From a virus: a DNA stretch of 64,000 nt. The DNA lies in IMG/VR virus record IMGVR_UViG_3300030387_000070; one strand, written 5' to 3'. Below, piece after piece: positions 9,140 to 16,670 of this stretch; position 1 is the stretch's first letter; each line of letters opens with the position of its first letter. The translations under genes were made by a program, and so were the position numbers. Under the pieces are notes generated by a model. The model saw only the letters and a list, made by a program, of their open reading frames with translations. It was not told the DNA's origin and ran no database searches.

Positions 9140-9963
9140 ATGTGATGAGTGCAGTTGTTGAAAGAAAAGAAGAACAGATATCTAAATTGATCTATTTTAA
9201 TCCGAAGCCTTCTGTTCCGGCTAAAAAACGTGGTGTTACAAAAAGTAAGCAGAAGCGCAAGCGTAATATTTCTCCAATTAGAAGCTTGGATGATGTTCAA
9301 ATGATTTCGGAATACTTCTGGGATAAAAAGCAATATCGCAATTGGTGTCTATTTAATGTAGGTATTGCAACTGGTTTGCGTGCTAGTGATTTGCTCAAAT
9401 TGAAGGTTTCCGATATGTCTTATTGCCTTTATAATGGAAAGATTGAAGTGGTTGAAGACGCTGGAGTTTGCATCGTTGAAGAAAAAACATCTAAATATCG
9501 TGAAATCATTCTTACTCCAGAAGCGAGAGATATCGTTGAAACATACATTAAGATTGCGAATCTTGGATATGACGATTGGATGTTTCCGTCTCGGCAGGGG
9601 AGTTGGAAAAAGTCATTGAGGACAAATGGTGGAGATGGGAAAACTGGTATTCCTCATATTGCAGAACCCAAAAAGGCCGGTGATCCTATTGATGTTGATT
9701 CTTTTGCTCGTATCCTTCGTAATGCTGGCAGAGATTTGGGTCTTAATTACAAGATTGCATCTCATTCTTGCCGTAAGACATTTGGTTATCGTGAGATGTG
9801 TCTTAATAAGGATGACAACCAGGCATTGTCTTGGATTCAGGGTCAGTTGAATCATAGTAGTCAGGACATTACATTACGGTACGTTGGTTTTGATGAGGAT
9901 AAGGCAAAAGAATATTATAAGAAGACTTTTTATGGTGTGAATACACACAGCTTGGAAGACTGA
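9136..9963 (+). CDS. tyrosine recombinase / phage integrase family
   Basis: Catalytic signature present in order: GLRASD (Arg), EEKTSK (Lys), ASHSCRKTF (His-x-x-Arg), LNHSS (His), TLRYVG (Tyr). Confidence 0.85.
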   Translation: MNVMSAVVERKEEQISKLIYFNPKPSVPAKKRGVTKSKQKRKRNISPIRSLDDVQMISEYFWDKKQYRNWCLFNVGIATGLRASDLLKLKVSDMSYCLYNGKIEVVEDAGVCIVEEKTSKYREIILTPEARDIVETYIKIANLGYDDWMFPSRQGSWKKSLRTNGGDGKTGIPHIAEPKKAGDPIDVDSFARILRNAGRDLGLNYKIASHSCRKTFGYREMCLNKDDNQALSWIQGQLNHSSQDITLRYVGFDEDKAKEYYKKTFYGVNTHSLED

Positions 9964-9968
9964 GGTGT

Positions 9969-10655
9969 ATGATGGCTGATACTTATATTAAAATCTGGGA
10001 TACTTACGAGAGCTACTTCGAACCCCTTAGTGCTGCTGAGGTGGGGCGTCTGGTACTGGCGATGATGAAATACAAATCGTCTGGAACGGAGCCTGAACTT
10101 AACGGAAATGAGCGGTATGTTTGGCCTGCTGTGAAGAGAGATTTGGATAAAGATGCCGAATACATCGAAGGTAAGAGGATTTCTGGTAAAGCTGGTGGTT
10201 CATCAAGCAAGCGTAAGCAAAACGAAGCAAACGCAAGCAAAACAAAGCTAGAAAAAGAAAAAGAGAAAGAAAAAGATAAGATATCGTCTTCGTCTTGTGA
10301 TGAGATGACAACGACAAAACCTATCGAGGATGTTTTCCGAGAGAATATCGGGAAGCTTGGTGCTACTGGTCAAAAGGCTTTAGCAGAATATGTTAAGCGC
10401 ATGGGTGACGAACTTGTGCTTGCTGTGATTGGTAAGTGTTCTGATCTCGGCGGTAGCACATGGGCTTATGTGCGAAAAGCTCTTGATGAAGCAGAATCTC
10501 TTGGTTGCAAGACTGCTGATGATTATCGCCGGGCTTGTCCGATAGGGAGTGGTCGTAACACGAGAGTGGATAGACAATCTCCCAGTGGGAATGATTGGCT
10601 AAAAAATGCAACGAAACGTCGTTCACTAGTTAAAAGAGAACTGGAAACAGCATGA
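9969..10655 (+). CDS. DnaD-like / phage replication-initiation-associated protein
   Basis: The N-terminus (WDTYESYFEPLSAAEVGRLVLAMMKY) and the C-terminal block (KALAEYVKRMGDELVLAVIGKCSDLGGSTWAYVRKALDEAESLG) resemble the DnaD/DnaB_2-type domain as I recall it. Confidence 0.5.
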   Translation: MMADTYIKIWDTYESYFEPLSAAEVGRLVLAMMKYKSSGTEPELNGNERYVWPAVKRDLDKDAEYIEGKRISGKAGGSSSKRKQNEANASKTKLEKEKEKEKDKISSSSCDEMTTTKPIEDVFRENIGKLGATGQKALAEYVKRMGDELVLAVIGKCSDLGGSTWAYVRKALDEAESLGCKTADDYRRACPIGSGRNTRVDRQSPSGNDWLKNATKRRSLVKRELETA

Positions 10656-10670
10656 GTGGAGGTTTAAATT

Positions 10671-11072
10671 ATGGGACTGTTACTCGGTTTGGGTTTGCTT
10701 GGTGCAGCGTTTGGTATTGATGCAGTGAAGCAAGCACCGTTTGATAGGGCATATCGCCGTCTGGAAAATGAATGGGGAACTTGTACATCGGAAGAGAGTA
10801 AACGATGTGATGCTCTGAAATATGCCGTACAGAACGGTTTGTGCTTCGAGAATGAAAAGAAGCCTGTGATTGAGTGGCAGAAGCTGAGGGATCTTCAGTG
10901 GAAATATCAGCTGGCTGGCATCTCTTGGCCGAGAGAATCTGCGATTCGAGATGTGTGCCGTCTGGCGGCTCGTGACCGTGGATTTGAGTACAAAGGCTAT
11001 CTGCGAAACACGTTGACGTTTGGTTATATCACTGATCCGAAAAATATTTGCAAGCTTGGCATCGTAGATTGA
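10671..11072 (+). CDS. hypothetical protein (N-terminal hydrophobic segment)
   Basis: Track ORF with GGAGG upstream. Confidence 0.5.
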   Translation: MGLLLGLGLLGAAFGIDAVKQAPFDRAYRRLENEWGTCTSEESKRCDALKYAVQNGLCFENEKKPVIEWQKLRDLQWKYQLAGISWPRESAIRDVCRLAARDRGFEYKGYLRNTLTFGYITDPKNICKLGIVD

Positions 11073-11086
11073 AAGGAGATTTGAAA

Positions 11087-11392
11087 ATGAATAACACTCG
11101 TAGAAAAGCTATTAAGCAGACCATTGACCATTTTTGTTCCATCCGTAAGAAGCTGGAGGAACTTGTATCTGAGGTCGAAAGTGTAAAATCCGATGTTGAG
11201 GATATCCAGTGGGAAGAAGAAGAGTATCGTGATAATATGCCGGAGAACCTACAGGGAAGTGAACGGTATGACAAAGCAGATGAAGCTTGCACAAACCTGT
11301 CCGATGCTGTGGATGCTCTGGATGATATGATTGGTGCGTTGGATTTTGATTTTGGAGATGTGACTACATCTCTTGAGGAAGCAATGGAATGA
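11087..11392 (+). CDS. acidic coiled-coil protein
   Basis: Track ORF 11048-11392 trimmed to ATG 11087, behind AAAGGAGA. Contains ..EEEEYRDNMPENLQGSERYDKADEA... Confidence 0.5.
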   Translation: MNNTRRKAIKQTIDHFCSIRKKLEELVSEVESVKSDVEDIQWEEEEYRDNMPENLQGSERYDKADEACTNLSDAVDALDDMIGALDFDFGDVTTSLEEAME

Positions 11393-11577
11393 TTAACAAA
11401 ACAAATCCATTGAGGAGAAATGCGTGGGCTGTGTTCTTGTACAGAGGTAGGCAAGTTTGTTCATACCTATTGCGTAATAGCAGTCTTGGTGATAAGGAAC
11501 GCATGGTAGAACTGCTGGCACGAAGGTACATGACAGAGCCTGAGAATATTGTTGTAGATATTGAATTTAGAGATTGA
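11389..11577 (+). CDS. hypothetical protein
   Basis: Track ORF with an ATGA overlap onto the previous gene. Confidence 0.45.
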   Translation: MINKTNPLRRNAWAVFLYRGRQVCSYLLRNSSLGDKERMVELLARRYMTEPENIVVDIEFRD

Positions 11578-11671
11578 GGTGATAGAGAATGACCGCATTT
11601 GTAATGTTTGCTTTTAATGTGGCACTGATAATAGCAGTGAATAATAGTCCGTTTGCGTTTTAAGTAGAGGC

Positions 11672-11905
11672 ATGAATATGAAAGAACTGGAAGAAATTTA
11701 CAATCGATTATATGATGAATACATTGACGCTAGACGAGAGCATTTTGAGGCTGCTCTCGATATGAAAAAGAATGGTGACAGAATATATCTACATGGTAAA
11801 GTGCATGGGTTAGAAATTGCTATTAACATCGTCGATGAAGTGCTCGAAAAGGTTAAGGCAGAATATACCAAGGAAGCTTTTGACGTAGACCCATATAAAA
11901 CCTAA
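11672..11905 (+). CDS. hypothetical protein
   Basis: Track ORF. Confidence 0.5.
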   Translation: MNMKELEEIYNRLYDEYIDARREHFEAALDMKKNGDRIYLHGKVHGLEIAINIVDEVLEKVKAEYTKEAFDVDPYKT

Positions 11906-11924
11906 ATTCTTTGGAGGATGGATA

Positions 11925-12137
11925 ATGAAGATTGAGCTAACTCTTAATGAAGCACGAGTGATTCAAGATGCACTTGATGTGACAAGTCTATGCAGGTCTG
12001 GATGTTATATGGGTTATAAGAGCGGCGACAAGGATTTGTGTTTTAGGCTTGAAAAAGATGGTAATTGGCATTGTAAGCTGATGCGAGAAATTGATTCCAT
12101 CAATGGCAAGCTTGAGGATGCAATGGACGGAAAGTGA
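11925..12137 (+). CDS. hypothetical protein
   Basis: Track ORF with GGAGGATGG upstream. Confidence 0.5.
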   Translation: MKIELTLNEARVIQDALDVTSLCRSGCYMGYKSGDKDLCFRLEKDGNWHCKLMREIDSINGKLEDAMDGK

Positions 12138-12327
12138 TAAAATCCGGGTTCTTGTGGATATTTAACAAAAGGATGTGTGGACCGATGATATAACTATTGA
12201 TGACGTAGGATTATTAGTAAAATTTTGGTAATTTTGATAATTGTGTTGAATAATCTCTTTGTGCGGTGTATGCTTGAGACAACCTCAATACAAGATGGTC
12301 AAGCCAAAAGAATGTGAGGTTAATATA

Positions 12328-12462
12328 ATGTGGATTATGATAATTTTACTTATGGTATTGAATGCTGTGTGCGCATTTGGTCTGTTAGGAGCGCTTTCCG
12401 ACGCAGATGATCAGAGTGAGCGGCTGGAAATGAAACAGGGAAGGAATGGTCGAAATGGATAA
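12328..12462 (+). CDS. small membrane protein (44 aa)
   Basis: Track ORF 12259-12462 trimmed to ATG 12328, behind GTGAGG. One hydrophobic helix (WIMIILLMVLNAVCAFGLLGAL). Confidence 0.4.
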   Translation: MWIMIILLMVLNAVCAFGLLGALSDADDQSERLEMKQGRNGRNG

Positions 12463-12685
12463 TTTGAAACCGTGTCCATTCTGCGGTGGAGAAGTTACCA
12501 TAGCAGAGGGCGGTTATCGCCAAACACGATGGATGTATGTTACGAGAGGAAACAAAGAAAATAGGTGCAACTGCTATGTTATCATGGAAAGCAAAACTTA
12601 CGACTTTGATTCCTCTGAAATGGAAAAAGCAAAAATCAAAACCGACCTTATCGAAGCGTGGAATAAACGGATTTATAAAAACTAA
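12455..12685 (+). CDS. Lar-family restriction-alleviation-like protein
   Basis: LKPCPFCGGEVTI...C.C...EAWNKR matches the Lar_restr_allev pattern as I recall it. Confidence 0.5.
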   Translation: MDNLKPCPFCGGEVTIAEGGYRQTRWMYVTRGNKENRCNCYVIMESKTYDFDSSEMEKAKIKTDLIEAWNKRIYKN

Positions 12686-12704
12686 GATTTAGAAGGAGAT
12701 AATA

Positions 12705-12857
12705 ATGGGCGTATTAGTAGACCGGGAAACGGCAAAGAAAGTTGAAAGAATCTTTGAACATCCAAACGAAATCTACTCTGTATATCTCAAATCGTCTGAC
12801 GAAGCAGTCTGGCTCCAAGGAAAAGTTGAACTATACAAATATTTAAGAAGCTTGTAA
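12705..12857 (+). CDS. hypothetical protein (50 aa)
   Basis: Hand-found ORF with AGAAGGAGA upstream. Confidence 0.4.
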   Translation: MGVLVDRETAKKVERIFEHPNEIYSVYLKSSDEAVWLQGKVELYKYLRSL

Positions 12858-12884
12858 AACTAAGTTCTACGGAGGAGATACATT

Positions 12885-13082
12885 ATGAAAAAGTTCGTTG
12901 CTCTTTTTGAAGGTTGGAATGATAAACACGATCATGAATGTATGTGCTATGTTATTGATGTGGATGATGACTTTGAAAGCATTTTGAGTGTTGAAGAACA
13001 GGCAGAGAGGATGGCTCGAAATGAATATCCTCATCTGAAAAGTTTTGAGACGCTTTACATCAAAGAACTGCTTAACAGATAA
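12885..13082 (+). CDS. hypothetical protein
   Basis: Track ORF with ACGGAGGAGA upstream. Confidence 0.5.
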   Translation: MKKFVALFEGWNDKHDHECMCYVIDVDDDFESILSVEEQAERMARNEYPHLKSFETLYIKELLNR

Positions 13083-13101
13083 AACTAATCTTTTATAGGA
13101 G

Positions 13102-13680
13102 ATGACTTCGGTGATACTAACATTAGGTATCGACAATTTTGATAAAGACAAATTTGAAATTCCTCATAATTCAGAAAAATCACAGTTCTTGAATAAGCCG
13201 GCAGGAGGTTTGTGGGGTTCAACTTTTACTCCAAATTATAATTATGTAAGTGATTGGGCGATGTTTGTTTTTGAAAACGATTTTGCCACTTCTATATACC
13301 GCAATGGAATCGCATACGAGCTAAATTCTAACGCCAGAGTTTTAGACGTTGATACTCGTTATGATTTCGTCAAACTGTTGAAGAACTTTGGGTGCCTTTG
13401 GCTTCCTGGATGTGCTTTAATTTGCATTCAAAACAAACGATTTATAGATTGGGACAAGATTGTTAAGCTTTATGACGCAGTTCATTTTAGTCGAGAAGCG
13501 ATTATATCTTGTCGTTTTATAATGAATGAGGAACGATTGGATAATGGCAAAGTGTTTACTGTGTCCAATTTGTACTCGTATGATTGCGAGAGTTGGGTAG
13601 TGTGTAACCCCGATGTGATTGATATGAAATCGATTCGCAAGATCGAAATAGATAGTGAAGGACGATTGGTGAAAAGCTAA
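13102..13680 (+). CDS. hypothetical protein
   Basis: Track ORF with TAGGAG upstream. Confidence 0.55.
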   Translation: MTSVILTLGIDNFDKDKFEIPHNSEKSQFLNKPAGGLWGSTFTPNYNYVSDWAMFVFENDFATSIYRNGIAYELNSNARVLDVDTRYDFVKLLKNFGCLWLPGCALICIQNKRFIDWDKIVKLYDAVHFSREAIISCRFIMNEERLDNGKVFTVSNLYSYDCESWVVCNPDVIDMKSIRKIEIDSEGRLVKS

Positions 13681-13690
13681 GTAAAAGGAG

Positions 13691-14008
13691 ATGGCTACAA
13701 TGAAGCGAAGAGTAAATGGAGATAAGTTCAAACGTGCAAAACAGTACATTGACAATAATCTGGGGCCAACTGAATTTTTGGCTTTGTGTTATGACTTGTA
13801 TGATTTTGAGCATGGAGTAAATAATAAGCCGAGTGGTCCATTTAATAAGACTCTGGATGTTCTTGGAATGTGGGATGAAACAGACTCTGTGGCCGCAGCA
13901 ATCATGGACTCTGCACACAAGATGTTTGGAAAAATGGTGTTTATGCTGCTGGAAGACAATGTGACGGAATATCTGGACTATGATGTGGATTGTTTGCACA
14001 GTGATTGA
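13691..14008 (+). CDS. hypothetical protein
   Basis: Track ORF with AAAGGAG upstream. Confidence 0.5.
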   Translation: MATMKRRVNGDKFKRAKQYIDNNLGPTEFLALCYDLYDFEHGVNNKPSGPFNKTLDVLGMWDETDSVAAAIMDSAHKMFGKMVFMLLEDNVTEYLDYDVDCLHSD

Positions 14009-14059
14009 TAAAACCAATATTTTTGAAAGGAAGGGATTCTTATTAACTCTAATTTGTTA

Positions 14060-14653
14060 ATGAATCGTGAGCAAAGTATTGCTATTGTGTGTATAATGTG
14101 CTTGCTGGCAGGGAATTTGATATCGAAGATTAGCCCGGTGAATCAGAACAATTCGTACCTTTATAATAGTAGTCCTCCGGCAATTAGTATTGTGCAACAA
14201 GAGGAAAAGGAACCAGAAGTCATTGTAGAGACTGTTACTGAAACGAAGGTGGTGAACTTTAGTCAGGGTAAACATGAGCTCACTGACGATGAGCGTGCTC
14301 TTGCGGAGCAGATTGTTGCTTGTGAAGCAGGTGCTGATAGTTTGGAAGGCCAAATGGCTGTGGCCCAATGTCTTTATGATTCCGCTGTGCTTGATGGTTT
14401 AACCATTCAGCAGGTCTTTAAGAAGTATGGTTATAGCTCCTTATATAATAGGAAGGTGACGGCAGAGAACGAACTGGCTGTGTCTATGGTATTTGATTAC
14501 GGCGCTAAGATTTCAGACAAACCCATTCAATGGTTTGTGACCCCGGCGTCAGCTCCCGGCAGTTGGCACGAGCGTGGAGCAACCTTTGCTGGACAATTTG
14601 GCGCACACAGGTTTTATTATGACGCGAAGCTGGTTGTGGATGATGCTGAGTAA
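14060..14653 (+). CDS. SleB/CwlJ-type cell-wall hydrolase with N-terminal membrane anchor
   Basis: Hydrophobic N-terminus (IAIVCIMCLLAGNLISKI). ERALAEQIVACEAGADSLEGQMAVAQCLYDSA resembles the Hydrolase_2 (SleB) core. Confidence 0.55.
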   Translation: MNREQSIAIVCIMCLLAGNLISKISPVNQNNSYLYNSSPPAISIVQQEEKEPEVIVETVTETKVVNFSQGKHELTDDERALAEQIVACEAGADSLEGQMAVAQCLYDSAVLDGLTIQQVFKKYGYSSLYNRKVTAENELAVSMVFDYGAKISDKPIQWFVTPASAPGSWHERGATFAGQFGAHRFYYDAKLVVDDAE

Positions 14654-14685
14654 ATGGCATCATCTAAAATTTCGATAAATAATAC

Positions 14686-14738
14686 AACAAAAAGATGTGT
14701 AATATATTGACGAAAACAAAAAGATGTGTATAATATAT
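14686..14738 (+). promoter_or_regulatory. sigma70-like promoter embedded in a direct repeat
   Basis: AACAAAAAGATGTGTAATATAT (14686-14707) and AACAAAAAGATGTGTATAATATAT (14715-14738). TTGACG at 14707-14712, a 16-nt spacer, then TATAAT at 14729-14734. Lies upstream of ORF 14777. Confidence 0.55.
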
Positions 14739-14776
14739 CTTGAAAGTTGTTTATGTGAGCGGAAGGCGGTATTTCA

Positions 14777-15103
14777 ATGAGTGAGAAAAAGGTTTTGGAA
14801 ATTATACAGGTTGAGAACTTTTTGAAGTACATAAGAAAAAAGCGAGTGTGGGTTTGTTTTATTTGCAATGGTGTGGATGTTCACATGATCTGCAAAAAGA
14901 TGGATGACATTGGTGTAGAGACACATGGGATTGTCAAAGGCATTGAATTTTTTGGAAACGAAAGTCATGTTGAGTTGCGGCAAGAATGCTACGAAGTAAG
15001 GAGAGTTGAGTTTAGGCCGGGCGATAAAGAGAAAGCGTATGAGATGATCTTCAATAACACCAGCGTGTTTGTGTCAGAGAATCCCGAGTTGTACGGGCAC
15101 TAA
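14777..15103 (+). CDS. hypothetical protein
   Basis: Track ORF downstream of the repeat-flanked promoter. Confidence 0.5.
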   Translation: MSEKKVLEIIQVENFLKYIRKKRVWVCFICNGVDVHMICKKMDDIGVETHGIVKGIEFFGNESHVELRQECYEVRRVEFRPGDKEKAYEMIFNNTSVFVSENPELYGH

Positions 15104-15122
15104 AAATATTTTCAAAAACCTC

Positions 15123-15158
15123 TTGACTTATATGGTTGTATCCTGTATAATATAGCTA
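15123..15158 (+). promoter_or_regulatory. promoter with reverse-oriented 21-bp motif (copy 1)
   Basis: TTGACT at 15123-15128, a 17-nt spacer, then TATAAT at 15146-15151. GTATCCTGTATAATATAGCTA occupies 15138-15158. Confidence 0.7.
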
Positions 15159-15194
15159 TGGAACGGAGCTACACTATTATAGAGGAGAAAGATT

Positions 15195-15614
15195 ATGGAC
15201 AACAATATTGACCCAAAGGTCGGAGAGGTTTGGTTGGTCGATTTGTCAAATGCGACAGGTCATCAGCAGCGCGGTATTCGACCGTTCGTTGTGACGAGCA
15301 ACAATAAGCGCAACTTCTTTAGCCCCACAATCAAAGGGAATCCATTGTCTTCCAGAATATACAAGCGCTCTCCGGTTCATGTTCTACTTTCAAAGGAAGA
15401 TTGTGATTTCTTAGAAGTTGACAGTATCGTTCTTTGTGAAGAGACTGACACGCTTAACAAAGGACAGTTCATCAAAAAACTTGGTGTCTTGTCGGAACGT
15501 CAGATGAATATGATTGCAATGGCAAGATGTAAGGATGAACCGTTTTTGCTCGCAGCATTCCTGAGCGGCGTACAACATACTATGGAATTTCAGAATTTTG
15601 CCGCATTTGCTTGA
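15195..15614 (+). CDS. PemK/MazF-family endoribonuclease toxin
   Basis: VGEVWLVDLSNATGHQQRGIRPFVVTS and ..VDSIVLCEETDTLNKGQFIKKLGVLSERQMNMI match the MazF/PemK pattern. GAGGAGAAAG upstream. Confidence 0.8.
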   Translation: MDNNIDPKVGEVWLVDLSNATGHQQRGIRPFVVTSNNKRNFFSPTIKGNPLSSRIYKRSPVHVLLSKEDCDFLEVDSIVLCEETDTLNKGQFIKKLGVLSERQMNMIAMARCKDEPFLLAAFLSGVQHTMEFQNFAAFA

Positions 15615-15667
15615 TTTTTTATAATGTTTAATGGTACACTACATATAATAAGAAGGAGTGTGCCACT

Positions 15668-16594
15668 ATGCTTACTGAAGAAAAAATCAACGCTTTTGCC
15701 GAAAGGTATTCTGATAAAAGCGGTAAGTTTGTTGTATCGACACTTAACAATGTTATGATCTATGAGGCCGAGTGTGGGTATGAGTTGTTTGATTTTACAA
15801 AAAATGATTTTGTAAAGATGTTTGCAAAATACAATTGGGTGAACTCAAGTCGTTCATTTAGAAATGTGAAATCAATAATCACTGGCTACATCAAAAGTGA
15901 AGATCGTACAAGTTTGTATGACTTGGCTGAATTTTCGGAAAATGACGTAAGTTCAGACGATATGTATGCAGACAAGTATTTTGCATCGGTTGATGAATTT
16001 GTTGACTTATTAAATAAATACGAAGAGCCATATCAGATTCGTATGAACGTGATTGCTGTATTATACTGGATCGGACTTACCGCTGGTGAAATTGTTAATC
16101 TAACAATCAATGATGTTGATTTTGAATCTCGTACTGTTCTCAATAGGACTGGTATTGATGCGAGGTTGATGGATATCATCAAGCAGTGTTATGAAATGAA
16201 ACAATATGATGCTCCCAACATGGGAGGATACAGAACGTTTTATGTCATAAACGGTGATTACATCCTTCGCAAAACAGAGGACAGGACTGGAGCAGACAGT
16301 GACCCAAAGATATCTACAAATACAATTCATACCTATTTTATGAGATTGAATGATATTCTCGAAAAAAGAGGTTGTTCTAAGATTTTGGACCAAAGACATT
16401 TAACAAGAAACAACGAGTATATCAAGGTTTATGACTATTGCAAAACTCATCCAGAATTTAATCTTGTAGAACTTAGCTTCGGAAATGGTAAAGATCCTCT
16501 TGCAGACATTATCGGAAGAAAGTGTAGCAAGGTAGCCTATATTAGCTTCCGGCAAGGATACAAGGGCTGGATTGAGTATTTCCATAAAAATTAA
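15668..16594 (+). CDS. tyrosine-recombinase-like protein, possibly catalytically degenerate
   Basis: IAVLYWIGLTAGEIVNLTINDVDF resembles the GLR..E box but has Thr in place of Arg. RHLTRN is a possible His-x-x-Arg box. The assignment is tentative. Confidence 0.35.
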   Translation: MLTEEKINAFAERYSDKSGKFVVSTLNNVMIYEAECGYELFDFTKNDFVKMFAKYNWVNSSRSFRNVKSIITGYIKSEDRTSLYDLAEFSENDVSSDDMYADKYFASVDEFVDLLNKYEEPYQIRMNVIAVLYWIGLTAGEIVNLTINDVDFESRTVLNRTGIDARLMDIIKQCYEMKQYDAPNMGGYRTFYVINGDYILRKTEDRTGADSDPKISTNTIHTYFMRLNDILEKRGCSKILDQRHLTRNNEYIKVYDYCKTHPEFNLVELSFGNGKDPLADIIGRKCSKVAYISFRQGYKGWIEYFHKN

Positions 16595-16598
16595 AAAT

Positions 16599-16621
16599 AG
16601 GGGCTTCGGCCCCTTAATTTT
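16599..16621 (+). terminator. rho-independent terminator
   Basis: AGGGGC-TTCG-GCCCCT hairpin followed by TAATTTT. Confidence 0.75.
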
Positions 16622-16628
16622 AACACGT

Positions 16629-16649
16629 TAGCTATATAATACAGGATAC
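16629..16649 (+). promoter_or_regulatory. 21-bp motif, forward (copy 2)
   Basis: TAGCTATATAATACAGGATAC, 22 nt upstream of ATG 16671. Contains TATAAT. The upstream sequence is A/T-rich with no clear TTGACA. Confidence 0.6.
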
Positions 16650-16670
16650 TTATTAGAAAGGGAAATGTAG

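Noticed and set aside
14060-14653. The SleB-like hydrolase as the endolysin of a lysis cassette.
   Set aside because: No holin, spanin or structural genes lie nearby, and it sits in the early region with an N-terminal anchor. It is kept as a cell-wall hydrolase of unknown role, not called a lysis module.
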